From the NCBI GenBank assembly GCA_045591985.1, contig JAZNTV010000077.1, forward strand, positions 18,166 to 82,165: DNA of 64,000 nucleotides, in the 5' to 3' direction. The translations under genes and the position numbers were made by a program. Each line of letters begins with the position of its first letter. Position 1 is the stretch's first letter. Shown one piece after another: positions 38,048-46,746 of this stretch. Below the pieces are notes generated by a model. That model made no database searches and was not told the origin of the DNA. It was given only the letters and a program-made list of their open reading frames with translations. This DNA is from Acutalibacteraceae bacterium (GTDB taxonomy: Bacteria > Bacillota > Clostridia > Oscillospirales > Acutalibacteraceae).

Positions 38048-41000
38048 ATGAAAAAGCGTATTCTTTCGGTCTTGCTTTCGGTCTGTCTGTTGCTTCCGCT
38101 GGTGTCGGTGGCAGGCATTCAGCCCGTGTCGGCAGCCACCAACTCGGATTACATCATCAAGGAACTTCCGGCGTTCCAAGCCAACGTAACGGCGACGTTG
38201 TCGGCGGGTGGCAGTTTGTGGACGTCCAGTAACGTGAAGTTCGATCCGGTCGATCTGACCAAATACGGTTACAATGAAGATCCTGCCAACGTTGGTTTCC
38301 AGATGGACACCTTCGTGACGGGTGATGCCGCGTTTATGGACTATATGAACAGCGGCTATCTCGGCGGTCAGATGGAGATCACTTCCAGCGGCGTGGCGGA
38401 TAAAAACGAAGCGATGGCGTGGCCGAACAATCTGAGTTTCGGCGAAGGGGAATGGATACGTATCACCATTCCGTTCTCCAAATATTCGGGCAAAGATTTT
38501 AAACCGAATAGTTTTAACTTTACCCGTGTATATTTGAACGGCCCCGAAACGCACGCACCTGCCAAGTATTTTGGCGCTACCGGTACGTTCAAGATCGCCA
38601 ATCTCTGCATCGTGGACTTGCGCGTTCCCGAAAACGAGCGTCCCACGGCGGCGGAGATGCCGCTTGGCGACGGTACGTTTGAGCCCGAAGCGCCTGTGTG
38701 GAAAGAAGTGGAGTTTTCGCCCGGTTACGACGACAGTGTGAAATACGTAGCGGGTTATAACCTTGCGGAATACGTCGCGGAACACGAAGCACAGTTGCGC
38801 GAAAAGGGCTTCGACGGCAGCGACTACACGGCGGTGGTCAACTCGCTTTTGGAAGGCTTGAACCTTGCGGGCGGCGGCACGCTGTTCATTCCTGCGGGTC
38901 ATTATCCGTTTTATGGTGAGTTGCGTGTGCCGGCCGGTATCAGCATCGTTGGCGAATGGTCGAATCCGGATGAAAATCCCGAGATTCGCGGCACGGTTTT
39001 GGAAGTGTACGGCGGCCGCGGCAGCATGGACGGTGCGGCGTTCATCAACATGGGGTCCAGCAGTAAGGTGAGCAACCTCAGCATTTGGTATCCCGAACAG
39101 TCGGCGGAAAACATTGTACAGTATCCGCCCTCCATCAGCACAAATGGATATGCTGTGGTACAGAAAGTGACTTTGGTCAACTCCTATTTCGGCATTCAGA
39201 ACGTAAACACCTGTAACTCTCCCAACGCATGGGACGTGTATGGCACTCCTTTGAATATCGGTATTGATTTCGATAACGTCATCGATATTCACCGTATTCA
39301 GAACATTCATTTCGCGGCAAAATATTGGGAGCGTTCGGGGCTTGCAAACGCTCCGACCACTGCGACACAAAAGCAGTTGCTGAAAGATCAGTTGTACAAC
39401 TACGCCATCGGCATCACGGTGCGCCGTATCGACTGGTCGTACGTTGGGTTCAGTGATATTAAGGGCTACAATATCGGCTTGTTCTTCGACGTTTCCGCCG
39501 GCGGCGGTTACCCGAACGGTCAATGTATGTCGATGACGTTTACCGACTGCAAATATGCCGTGTTTGCCTACGGTATCAGCAGCTGTTCGGAAATGTTGTC
39601 GGATTTCGTGATCAAAAACTGTGAATACGGCATTTATACCGACGTCGATGCCGACGGTATTTTGCAGATGGCGAACATGGAGATCTCGGCGACCCAAGAA
39701 GCCATTCATCAAGGCGGCAAGGTGCGCATGAGTATCGTGAACTCCACCATCCGCGGCGGTGAAGTGGTGCTTGAAGGCGGCAACAACATCTTCATGAACA
39801 ACACGTTCCAAACGGCTGCACCCCATATTACGATGGATTACGGCACGGTGTCGGCGGTGGTGATCGGCAATACTGATTCGTACGGTGACGAGATCAAATA
39901 CGATAACATTGCGTTGTGTACCTTGAATTATGAAGCCGAAAAGGCGGATATTGCGGAGTATACGCCCGTTACGCGCGAAGAGTTGTTCAAGGATGAGGAT
40001 TACGCCCCCAAAGGGGACACCGTACTTTTCCCGCAGGAGATCGATACGACGGGTATGACCGATGTGACCGAAAAACTGCAGGGTTACCTGACGCAGCTCG
40101 GCAACCTCGGCGGCGGTACGTTGTATCTCATCCCCGGTATCTACCGTATTGATGGTACTCTTTCGGTTCCCGAAGGGGTGCAACTGCGCGGCTCACTCGA
40201 TGTGGGCGCACAGCCTGTGGCAAAGAACACTATCTTTATGGTATACACACCCGTCGAAGCGGGTAAAGACCAGTATACTTCCACCGCTACCATCACCTTG
40301 GCGAAGAACAGCGGTATCCGCGGTATCATCTTCAACTATCCCGAACAGAATGCGACCTTCACCAAAGAAGCGGTGACGGTCGGCGAAGGGGATAAGGCGG
40401 TCACGGAAGATTGGTATTACTTCGATTTCGTGCAGTATCCCTTCCTTGTGCGCGGTGCGGGCGAAAACGTCTACCTCATCAATACCACCTTCCGCAATGC
40501 GTGGAACGGTGTGGACTTCAAAACCTACCGTTGTGATAATCACTACATCAGCTATTTGGCAGGTCACTGCTATAACCGCGGTGTGGTGGTCGGTAACGGC
40601 ACCACCGGCGGTGTGATCCGCGACATTCAGTTCAACTACAACTCGATCCTCAGCGCGCCCGGTAAGTGGGCAGGCTTTGGCGGGTTTGAGAACAGCGGTG
40701 CGATCTCGGGCGGTTTCCATCAGCAGATGCAGGCGCAGTTCAACAACAACTCTATTGTCATTCAGCTGGGTGACGTAAACGACCAGATCGTGTACGATTG
40801 CTTCAACTATGCAGGTTACATCGGCACGCATTTGGTGGAGGAAAACGGCGAAGCCGCCAACGTGCGTCTCTTTGGTCGCGGTATCGACTATAACACGGTC
40901 GGCACCAAAATAGAAGCAGGGGAAAACGTGGAATTCCTCAGTTATCAAGCGTGTGCGTTTAACCAGAACGGTTCCAACGGCGGCACCGGCCGCTGGGCGG

Positions 41001-42244
41001 TGGATCAGGAGACCACCCCGATCTACGACATCTGGGTGACCGATACGTTTGAGGGTAAACTGTCGCTCGTCAACATGGTGGAGTGGGGTCCCTCGGCGAA
41101 CGCGGCGATCCGTGTGGATAGCGGTGAACTCATCGTCACCAACGCCACCATTCGACACGACAATACCAAGCGTTTTGAAATGAACGGTGACGGTGTTCTG
41201 AAGATGTATGCCCTGCAATTGGATGGTAACTGGGCGGATGAACTGGCCGATGCCAATCAAGATCAACTCTTTATTAAAGGTGGTTGTTATGCCATCGCGC
41301 CGCCCGAACAGGCAAAAATGGGCGAATTCCTGTATATGAACCTCAACCGTACCCGTTGGTCGGTACCGAAGAACGTGTCCTTTGCAGAAGGAACCGAACT
41401 GATGGTTACCGAAGCTTTTGACGGCTATGAATTCAACAGTGAGAGCGGATATCGCGTTTATGACGCGACCGGGGTGACGGAACGTCGCGGCGAAGTGCGT
41501 TTGCGTATGAATGCGTCGCAATATATACAGGGAATCATGACAGGTCAAAACGCCAAAGAGGTACCCGCATTTGAACTCACAAGCGGTAGCGAAAACGATC
41601 TGTATCGTTTGGAATGGCGCCTTAAGGTGGACTCGATGCGAGATACCGAAGACAGTGATATTTCCTTGTCTGTCTCTACGATCGATCGTAATGTACGCAG
41701 TGAAGAGGTGTTTACTATCACGCGCGACGGTGCGGTGTATCTGAAGGACGACACACTCCTGGGAACGATTACGTTCGGTACTTACTATCGGGTAGCAGTG
41801 GAATACGACGCGCGTAATAAAGATCAAAAAACTATGACGGTCTACTTGTTGGATGACAATAACGGTATTGTCGGAAAGGGGACTGCCACAGTAATGCCCG
41901 ACGTTTTCCAAGGAGAAAAAAACATTTCCGGCTTCCTGCTTAGCAGCATGTCGATGTCGGACGATGCACCGGAGACCGAGACCGACTACACCCTTGACTA
42001 TTTCTACGCTCTGCGCGGCAAAGAAAGTACGATTGCGGCAGGTACTCTGGGCGATGTGGACGGTAATGGTACGGTCAACTCTACCGATGCACGACTGGTG
42101 TTGCAGTATGCGGTGAAAAAGATTGCCGCACTACCGAATGCCGGTGTTGCGGATGTGGACGGTAACGGGGACGTGAATTCCACCGATGCGCGTCTTATCT
42201 TGCAGTATGCGGTGAAGAAGATCCATAAATTCCCGGCGGCATAA
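38048..42244 (+). CDS. Secreted dockerin-bearing double beta-helix protein, paralogue 4 (most divergent)
   Basis: True start is MKKRILSVLLSVCLLLPLVSVAGIQPVSA after AAGGAG, giving 1398 aa. Motifs GGGTLFIPAGHYP, IWYPEQ, GGGTLYLIPGIYRIDG and FNYPEQ. The dockerin sequence is distinct. Confidence 0.85.
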   Translation: MKKRILSVLLSVCLLLPLVSVAGIQPVSAATNSDYIIKELPAFQANVTATLSAGGSLWTSSNVKFDPVDLTKYGYNEDPANVGFQMDTFVTGDAAFMDYMNSGYLGGQMEITSSGVADKNEAMAWPNNLSFGEGEWIRITIPFSKYSGKDFKPNSFNFTRVYLNGPETHAPAKYFGATGTFKIANLCIVDLRVPENERPTAAEMPLGDGTFEPEAPVWKEVEFSPGYDDSVKYVAGYNLAEYVAEHEAQLREKGFDGSDYTAVVNSLLEGLNLAGGGTLFIPAGHYPFYGELRVPAGISIVGEWSNPDENPEIRGTVLEVYGGRGSMDGAAFINMGSSSKVSNLSIWYPEQSAENIVQYPPSISTNGYAVVQKVTLVNSYFGIQNVNTCNSPNAWDVYGTPLNIGIDFDNVIDIHRIQNIHFAAKYWERSGLANAPTTATQKQLLKDQLYNYAIGITVRRIDWSYVGFSDIKGYNIGLFFDVSAGGGYPNGQCMSMTFTDCKYAVFAYGISSCSEMLSDFVIKNCEYGIYTDVDADGILQMANMEISATQEAIHQGGKVRMSIVNSTIRGGEVVLEGGNNIFMNNTFQTAAPHITMDYGTVSAVVIGNTDSYGDEIKYDNIALCTLNYEAEKADIAEYTPVTREELFKDEDYAPKGDTVLFPQEIDTTGMTDVTEKLQGYLTQLGNLGGGTLYLIPGIYRIDGTLSVPEGVQLRGSLDVGAQPVAKNTIFMVYTPVEAGKDQYTSTATITLAKNSGIRGIIFNYPEQNATFTKEAVTVGEGDKAVTEDWYYFDFVQYPFLVRGAGENVYLINTTFRNAWNGVDFKTYRCDNHYISYLAGHCYNRGVVVGNGTTGGVIRDIQFNYNSILSAPGKWAGFGGFENSGAISGGFHQQMQAQFNNNSIVIQLGDVNDQIVYDCFNYAGYIGTHLVEENGEAANVRLFGRGIDYNTVGTKIEAGENVEFLSYQACAFNQNGSNGGTGRWAVDQETTPIYDIWVTDTFEGKLSLVNMVEWGPSANAAIRVDSGELIVTNATIRHDNTKRFEMNGDGVLKMYALQLDGNWADELADANQDQLFIKGGCYAIAPPEQAKMGEFLYMNLNRTRWSVPKNVSFAEGTELMVTEAFDGYEFNSESGYRVYDATGVTERRGEVRLRMNASQYIQGIMTGQNAKEVPAFELTSGSENDLYRLEWRLKVDSMRDTEDSDISLSVSTIDRNVRSEEVFTITRDGAVYLKDDTLLGTITFGTYYRVAVEYDARNKDQKTMTVYLLDDNNGIVGKGTATVMPDVFQGEKNISGFLLSSMSMSDDAPETETDYTLDYFYALRGKESTIAAGTLGDVDGNGTVNSTDARLVLQYAVKKIAALPNAGVADVDGNGDVNSTDARLILQYAVKKIHKFPAA
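42050..42241 (+). other. Dockerin module of paralogue 4 (variant sequence)
   Basis: GDVDGNGTVNSTDARLVLQYAVKK ... ADVDGNGDVNSTDARLILQYAVKK. Confidence 0.8.
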
Positions 42245-42250
42245 ATGAGA

Positions 42251-42290
42251 AAAAAACAGAGAAAATCGTTTGATTTTCTCTGTTTTTTTA
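42251..42290 (+). terminator. Intrinsic terminator of paralogue 4
   Basis: Stem acagagaaaatc-gttt-gattttctctgt flanked by A7 and T7 runs. Confidence 0.65.
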
Positions 42291-42309
42291 TAAATTTCTG
42301 TTTTTTTGG

Positions 42310-42338
42310 TTGCGGTATGCAGCTTTATCTGTTATAAT
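42310..42338 (+). promoter_or_regulatory. Putative promoter of thyX-tmk
   Basis: TTGCGG, 17-nt spacer, TATAAT. Confidence 0.4.
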
Positions 42339-42381
42339 AAATCTATGTATAGTTATCAGTAAGGAAAAGGAGCTGATCCCT

Positions 42382-43146
42382 GTGAAGGTGAAACTGATCA
42401 CACATACCCCCGATCCGGAACAGACGATTGCGGTTGCCGCCCGTCTTTGCTATTCGCCCGCTACGATCGACGAAGTGAGCGAGGCTCTCACACCCGAAAA
42501 AGCGGCCAAATTTGTGGAAATGCTTGGCGATCTCGGACATGACAGTCCGGTAGAGCACGCAACCTTTACCTTTGGTATCGAGGGAGTTTCCCGTTCGCTG
42601 TTGGCGGAAATTACGCGCCATCGTATCGCTTCGTTCAGCGTGCAAAGTCAACGTTATGTGGCAGAAAATAATTTCTCGTATGTTGTGCCGCCCGCCATTG
42701 CGGACATTCCCGAAGCAGCCGAAGAGTTTCAGCTTGCCATGGCCGAGGATCAAGCACACTATGAACATTTGGCAGACATCTTGCGTGCAAAGCACCGTGC
42801 CGCCTTTGAAGCCGAAGGGATGACTCCCGAAGCGGCGGCCAAAGCGGCGGAAAAACGGGCAATTGAAGATGCGCGCTTCGTATTGCCGAATGCTTGTACC
42901 ACCAAGATCATTATGACGATGAATGTGCGTAGTTTGCGCAATTTCTTTCATCTGCGTTGTTGTAATCGTGCCCAGTGGGAGATTCGCGCATTGGCAACCG
43001 AAATGCTGCGCCTGTGCTATGGTGTGGCGCCGCATTTGTTCCAAAAATCGGGTCCCTCGTGTGTGTCCGGCCCCTGTCCCGAAGGGAAGATGTGTTGCGG
43101 AAAAACGGCCGAGGTGCGAGAGAAATTTGCCGCATTGAAAGGATGA
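42382..43146 (+). CDS. thyX: FAD-dependent thymidylate synthase
   Basis: GTG start after AAGGAAAAGGAG. ThyX signature RHRIASFSVQSQRY. Confidence 0.9.
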   Translation: MKVKLITHTPDPEQTIAVAARLCYSPATIDEVSEALTPEKAAKFVEMLGDLGHDSPVEHATFTFGIEGVSRSLLAEITRHRIASFSVQSQRYVAENNFSYVVPPAIADIPEAAEEFQLAMAEDQAHYEHLADILRAKHRAAFEAEGMTPEAAAKAAEKRAIEDARFVLPNACTTKIIMTMNVRSLRNFFHLRCCNRAQWEIRALATEMLRLCYGVAPHLFQKSGPSCVSGPCPEGKMCCGKTAEVREKFAALKG

Positions 43147-43153
43147 GTCGGTA

Positions 43154-43822
43154 ATGGGACGTTTGATCGTGGTTGACGGCTTGGACGGGTGCGGAAAAAG
43201 CACCCAACTGGAACGTTTGAACGTGTATTTAGGTCAAAGCGGGATATCCTACAAACAAATTTCGTTTCCGGATTATCAAAATCCGTCTTCTGCTTTGGTG
43301 AAACTGTATTTGGACGGCAGTCTCGGCAAGACGCCGGCGGATATCAACGCCTATGCGTCTTCGTCGTTTTATGCGGTGGATCGCTATGCCAGTTTCAAAC
43401 AGTTTTGGCAGACAGAATATGAACGCGGTGATCTGATCGTGGCAGCACGTTATGTGACATCCAACGCGATTCATCAGATGTCCAAATTGCCTCGCGAAGA
43501 GTGGGACAACTATCTTTCGTGGTTGGCAGAATATGAGTATGATCGTCTGGGACTGCCGCGTCCGAACAGTGTAGTGTTTTTAGATATGCCTCCTGCTGTG
43601 GCAGATAAACTGGTTATGTCTCGTTATGCAGGGGATGCGGCCAAGAAAGATATCCACGAAAAAGATACATCGTATCTTGCGGCTTGCCGTCCTGCGGCGT
43701 TATACGCGGCCGAAAAATGGGGATGGCATGTTATTTCCTGTGCCGAGGGGGATGTGCCGCGTGCCGTGGAAGCAATTACCGAAGATATTATCCGTGCGGT
43801 TAAAGGGGATATGGCATTTTGA
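43154..43822 (+). CDS. tmk: Thymidylate (dTMP) kinase
   Basis: 222 aa. P-loop region IVVDGLDGCGKSTQ. Confidence 0.85.
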   Translation: MGRLIVVDGLDGCGKSTQLERLNVYLGQSGISYKQISFPDYQNPSSALVKLYLDGSLGKTPADINAYASSSFYAVDRYASFKQFWQTEYERGDLIVAARYVTSNAIHQMSKLPREEWDNYLSWLAEYEYDRLGLPRPNSVVFLDMPPAVADKLVMSRYAGDAAKKDIHEKDTSYLAACRPAALYAAEKWGWHVISCAEGDVPRAVEAITEDIIRAVKGDMAF

Positions 43823-44715
43823 TGTTTAGCACGCCGTTTCATACGCCGACATACGCGGAGGCTGCACAGTGTATTCCGCTTCTAAAACAGGCGCCGTCTC
43901 GTTGTTGTGAATATTCGTTTGCCAATATGATGATGTGGCGTGAATATTTCGATACGCAGATAGCGTATAACGACGATGCGATCGTTGTGCGTTTCGGTGG
44001 TGAAATGCCGCACTATCTAGCACCGGCCGGCGGCGCGGCCATGCAGACGCTACGCGGGTTGTATGACGACGCCGTGTCCCGTGAAGAGCCTCTTCATGTA
44101 TTCGGATACGATGAGGAGGATATTCGGCGTTTGCAGAATAATTTTTCGATCGAATCCCGTACGGAATACCGCGACGAATTTGACTATCTCTATCTTGTTG
44201 AAGATTTGGCAAACTTGTCGGGTCGGAAATATCATGCTAAGCGCAATCATATTGCGGCCTTCTCGCGAGAGTATGTGTGGCAGTATGAAGAGTTGGATGA
44301 TAAGAACGTTGTTGATGTTGCATCGGCCGCCGATGCGTGGTATCGGCAACGGGTTTCGGCTTACGGCGATGCCGACGGAGCACTCAGTGCGGAAAACCGC
44401 GCGATACACGAATTGTTGGAGCATCGCCGTGAACTCGAACTTGTCGGCGGGCTGATTCGTGTGGAAGGGAAGGTGGCGGCGTTCACATTCGGTGTATCGT
44501 TGACCGACGATACTTTTGATACACTGGTGGAAAAGGCGCTCACGCCTTACGATAAAGCCTACGCTGTGATCAATCGTGAGTTCGCCCGTAACACCTTGCA
44601 AGGGTATACCTATGTAAACCGTGAAAACGACGTGGGATCGGAAGGGTTGCGACGTGCCAAACTGTCGTATTATCCTGTAGCGCTGGTAAAAAAGATCATG
44701 TGTACGATCCGCTAA
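43819..44715 (+). CDS. DUF2156-domain protein (homologous to the aminoacyl-phosphatidylglycerol synthase C-terminal domain), soluble
   Basis: 298 aa and overlaps tmk by 4 nt. Blocks CCEYSFANMMMWREYF and GRKYHAKRNHI are typical of the family (recollection). No TM helices. Confidence 0.65.
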   Translation: MMFSTPFHTPTYAEAAQCIPLLKQAPSRCCEYSFANMMMWREYFDTQIAYNDDAIVVRFGGEMPHYLAPAGGAAMQTLRGLYDDAVSREEPLHVFGYDEEDIRRLQNNFSIESRTEYRDEFDYLYLVEDLANLSGRKYHAKRNHIAAFSREYVWQYEELDDKNVVDVASAADAWYRQRVSAYGDADGALSAENRAIHELLEHRRELELVGGLIRVEGKVAAFTFGVSLTDDTFDTLVEKALTPYDKAYAVINREFARNTLQGYTYVNRENDVGSEGLRRAKLSYYPVALVKKIMCTIR

Positions 44716-44729
44716 AGGAGGCGTATGCC

Positions 44730-45551
44730 GTGAATGAATTCGTTTGGGCGGGTGAGGAACGCCTTTCGGATATCGTTTCATTGTGGAAACAGGGGTTCCC
44801 TGCCGATAGTGAAGAGGATATACTCACGTTTTGGAACGCCCTAAAAGGGGAGGCGCGCTGTTTACTTTTCATAGCAGAGGGAACGCCGTGTTCAATGGCA
44901 TTTGTCATTCCGGCCACGATGAACGGTTGTGCAGTCTGGTATGTATACGCGGCCGCAACAGCTTTAGCCTATCGCAGACAAGGGCGTTTTGCATCGCTGC
45001 TTTGTGAATTATCCCGTCGTGCACAGTCCGAAAAGGTGGGCGGCCTGTTCCTGCGGCCGGCCACACCGTCATTGTTTGGGTATTATGCGCGTTTGGGGTT
45101 CGTTCCGTTGTTTTATGTCGAAGAATCTTTCTGTAAAGTCAATGACCTTTTCAGTGACGATGCCATAGTTTGGGAACCGGTGACACAGAGTTATGCTGTG
45201 CAACGCAACGGTTGGCTTGCGCGTCTTAACGTGCCTGCGGTTAAATGGTCGGAGAAGACAACAGAATACGCCGTAGATCTGCTCGAAAACGGCGGTATGT
45301 TGGTTTCTGACAAGGGGTTGGTGATGTATCGCCGACTGGATGAAAGAGTGGAAATTACAGAGTTGTTGTGTGCACCGAAGGATTCTTTAAGGGTTATCGA
45401 ATCGCTGTCAAGGTATTTCGCTTGTCAGAAAATACGCGTTTATCGGCCGCCGTCGGCAGAGAAAACTGCACAAGCATACGGTATGTTTTGCGTAATCGAT
45501 GGATCATCGGTTGCGGGTGATATGTGGTACATGGGATTTTCATTGGAATAG
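44730..45551 (+). CDS. GNAT family N-acetyltransferase
   Basis: GTG start 8 nt after AAAGGAGG (the ORF track ATG is at 44700). Acetyl-CoA loop pattern YRRQGRFASLL. Confidence 0.6.
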   Translation: MNEFVWAGEERLSDIVSLWKQGFPADSEEDILTFWNALKGEARCLLFIAEGTPCSMAFVIPATMNGCAVWYVYAAATALAYRRQGRFASLLCELSRRAQSEKVGGLFLRPATPSLFGYYARLGFVPLFYVEESFCKVNDLFSDDAIVWEPVTQSYAVQRNGWLARLNVPAVKWSEKTTEYAVDLLENGGMLVSDKGLVMYRRLDERVEITELLCAPKDSLRVIESLSRYFACQKIRVYRPPSAEKTAQAYGMFCVIDGSSVAGDMWYMGFSLE

Positions 45552-45568
45552 AAGAAGGTGCATACATT

Positions 45569-46108
45569 ATGGTATACGTTTTTTTGGCAAACGGTTTTGA
45601 AGAGATCGAAGCGTTGGCTCCTGTAGATATCATGCGTCGAGCGGGCCTTTCGGTTCGGACGGTCGGTATCGGCGGCCGCACGATAACGGGGGCACACGGC
45701 ATTGCCGTAACGGCGGATATGGAGGACAAGGCGTTTACGGCAGAAGATATGGAAGCGGTGGTGCTTCCGGGCGGTATGCCGGGCACCGTAAATCTGGAAG
45801 CCAGTGAAATGGTTTTACAAACTGTGGATACGGCGGCGAGTCGGAACATATGGATCGCCGCTATCTGTGCCGCACCTTCTATACTAGGGCACCGTGGTTT
45901 GTTGCAAGGGAAAAACGCTACGTGTTACCCCGGGTTTGAATCGGCATTACACGGTGCCGTGTTGTCGTCGCAAGGGGTCGTTCGCGATGGACATATCCTC
46001 ACTGCGTGCGGTGCCGGTGTGGCGTTGGAGTTCGGTTTCCAACTGGTAGCCGCTCTGTGTTCCGATGAAAAGGCGGACGCATTGAGGGGGGCGATGAGAT
46101 GCCTGTAG
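45569..46108 (+). CDS. DJ-1/PfpI (ThiJ) family protein
   Basis: Start MVYVFLANGFEEIEALAPVDIMRRAG. Nucleophile elbow AAICAAP. Confidence 0.85.
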   Translation: MVYVFLANGFEEIEALAPVDIMRRAGLSVRTVGIGGRTITGAHGIAVTADMEDKAFTAEDMEAVVLPGGMPGTVNLEASEMVLQTVDTAASRNIWIAAICAAPSILGHRGLLQGKNATCYPGFESALHGAVLSSQGVVRDGHILTACGAGVALEFGFQLVAALCSDEKADALRGAMRCL

Positions 46109-46716
46109 CAGATATTCGTCCCATTAAAGAAGGGTTGCGACAGAAATATAAACAACAGCGTGCCGCAATGACACCGGAAGAAAAGGCGCGAGTAGATGAA
46201 ATTATTGCCGCACGCGTAGCGTCGTTGTGGCAATACCAGCGTTGTCGTTTGTTGCTTGTCTATGTGTCTACTAAAATCGAAGTGGATACGTTTCGGATAA
46301 TCGAGCGTGCGTTGGCGGATGGGAAAACCGTTGCGGTTCCGCGATGCGTGCCGGGTACACGTCAGATGGAATTCTATCGCATTGATTCTGTAAACGATCT
46401 GGCGCCCGGTACATTCGGTGTTTTGGAGCCGATCCCGGGAGTCCACGAATTGTTACGCGAATTTCCCGACAGTTTGTGTATTGTTCCTGCACTCAGTTAC
46501 GATTGGCACGGATACCGACTGGGATACGGCAAAGGGTATTACGATCGGTTTTTGTCAAAATATGACGGTGTGATGATCGGTATTTGCTACAGCGATTGTG
46601 TACAGCGCAAATTACCCCACGGTCGGTTTGACCGCCCGGTGGAACTGTTGGTTACCGAACGCTATTTGCGCCGTACCGCTACACACACCCGCCGTGAATT
46701 TTACGGAACACGCTAA
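46099..46716 (+). CDS. 5-formyltetrahydrofolate cyclo-ligase
   Basis: 205 aa. C-terminal block GYRLGYGKGYYDRFL. Confidence 0.85.
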   Translation: MPVADIRPIKEGLRQKYKQQRAAMTPEEKARVDEIIAARVASLWQYQRCRLLLVYVSTKIEVDTFRIIERALADGKTVAVPRCVPGTRQMEFYRIDSVNDLAPGTFGVLEPIPGVHELLREFPDSLCIVPALSYDWHGYRLGYGKGYYDRFLSKYDGVMIGICYSDCVQRKLPHGRFDRPVELLVTERYLRRTATHTRREFYGTR

Positions 46717-46746
46717 ATTTATCACTCATATAGGAGGTAACGCCTC

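Noticed and set aside
30555-41911. Further long antisense ORFs inside paralogues 2-4 (30555-32366, 33482-34756, 34790-36892, 37931-40183, 40193-41911).
   Set aside because: They show the same codon-aligned shadow-frame effect and have no independent coding signals.
24587-42290. The possibility that the four beta-helix genes are phage tailspike/depolymerase genes or a mobile island.
   Set aside because: There are no integrase, transposase, capsid, tail or lysis genes, and I could see no flanking direct repeats. The proteins have Sec signal peptides and dockerins, which are cellular surface-display features. Codon usage looks like that of the neighbouring genes.
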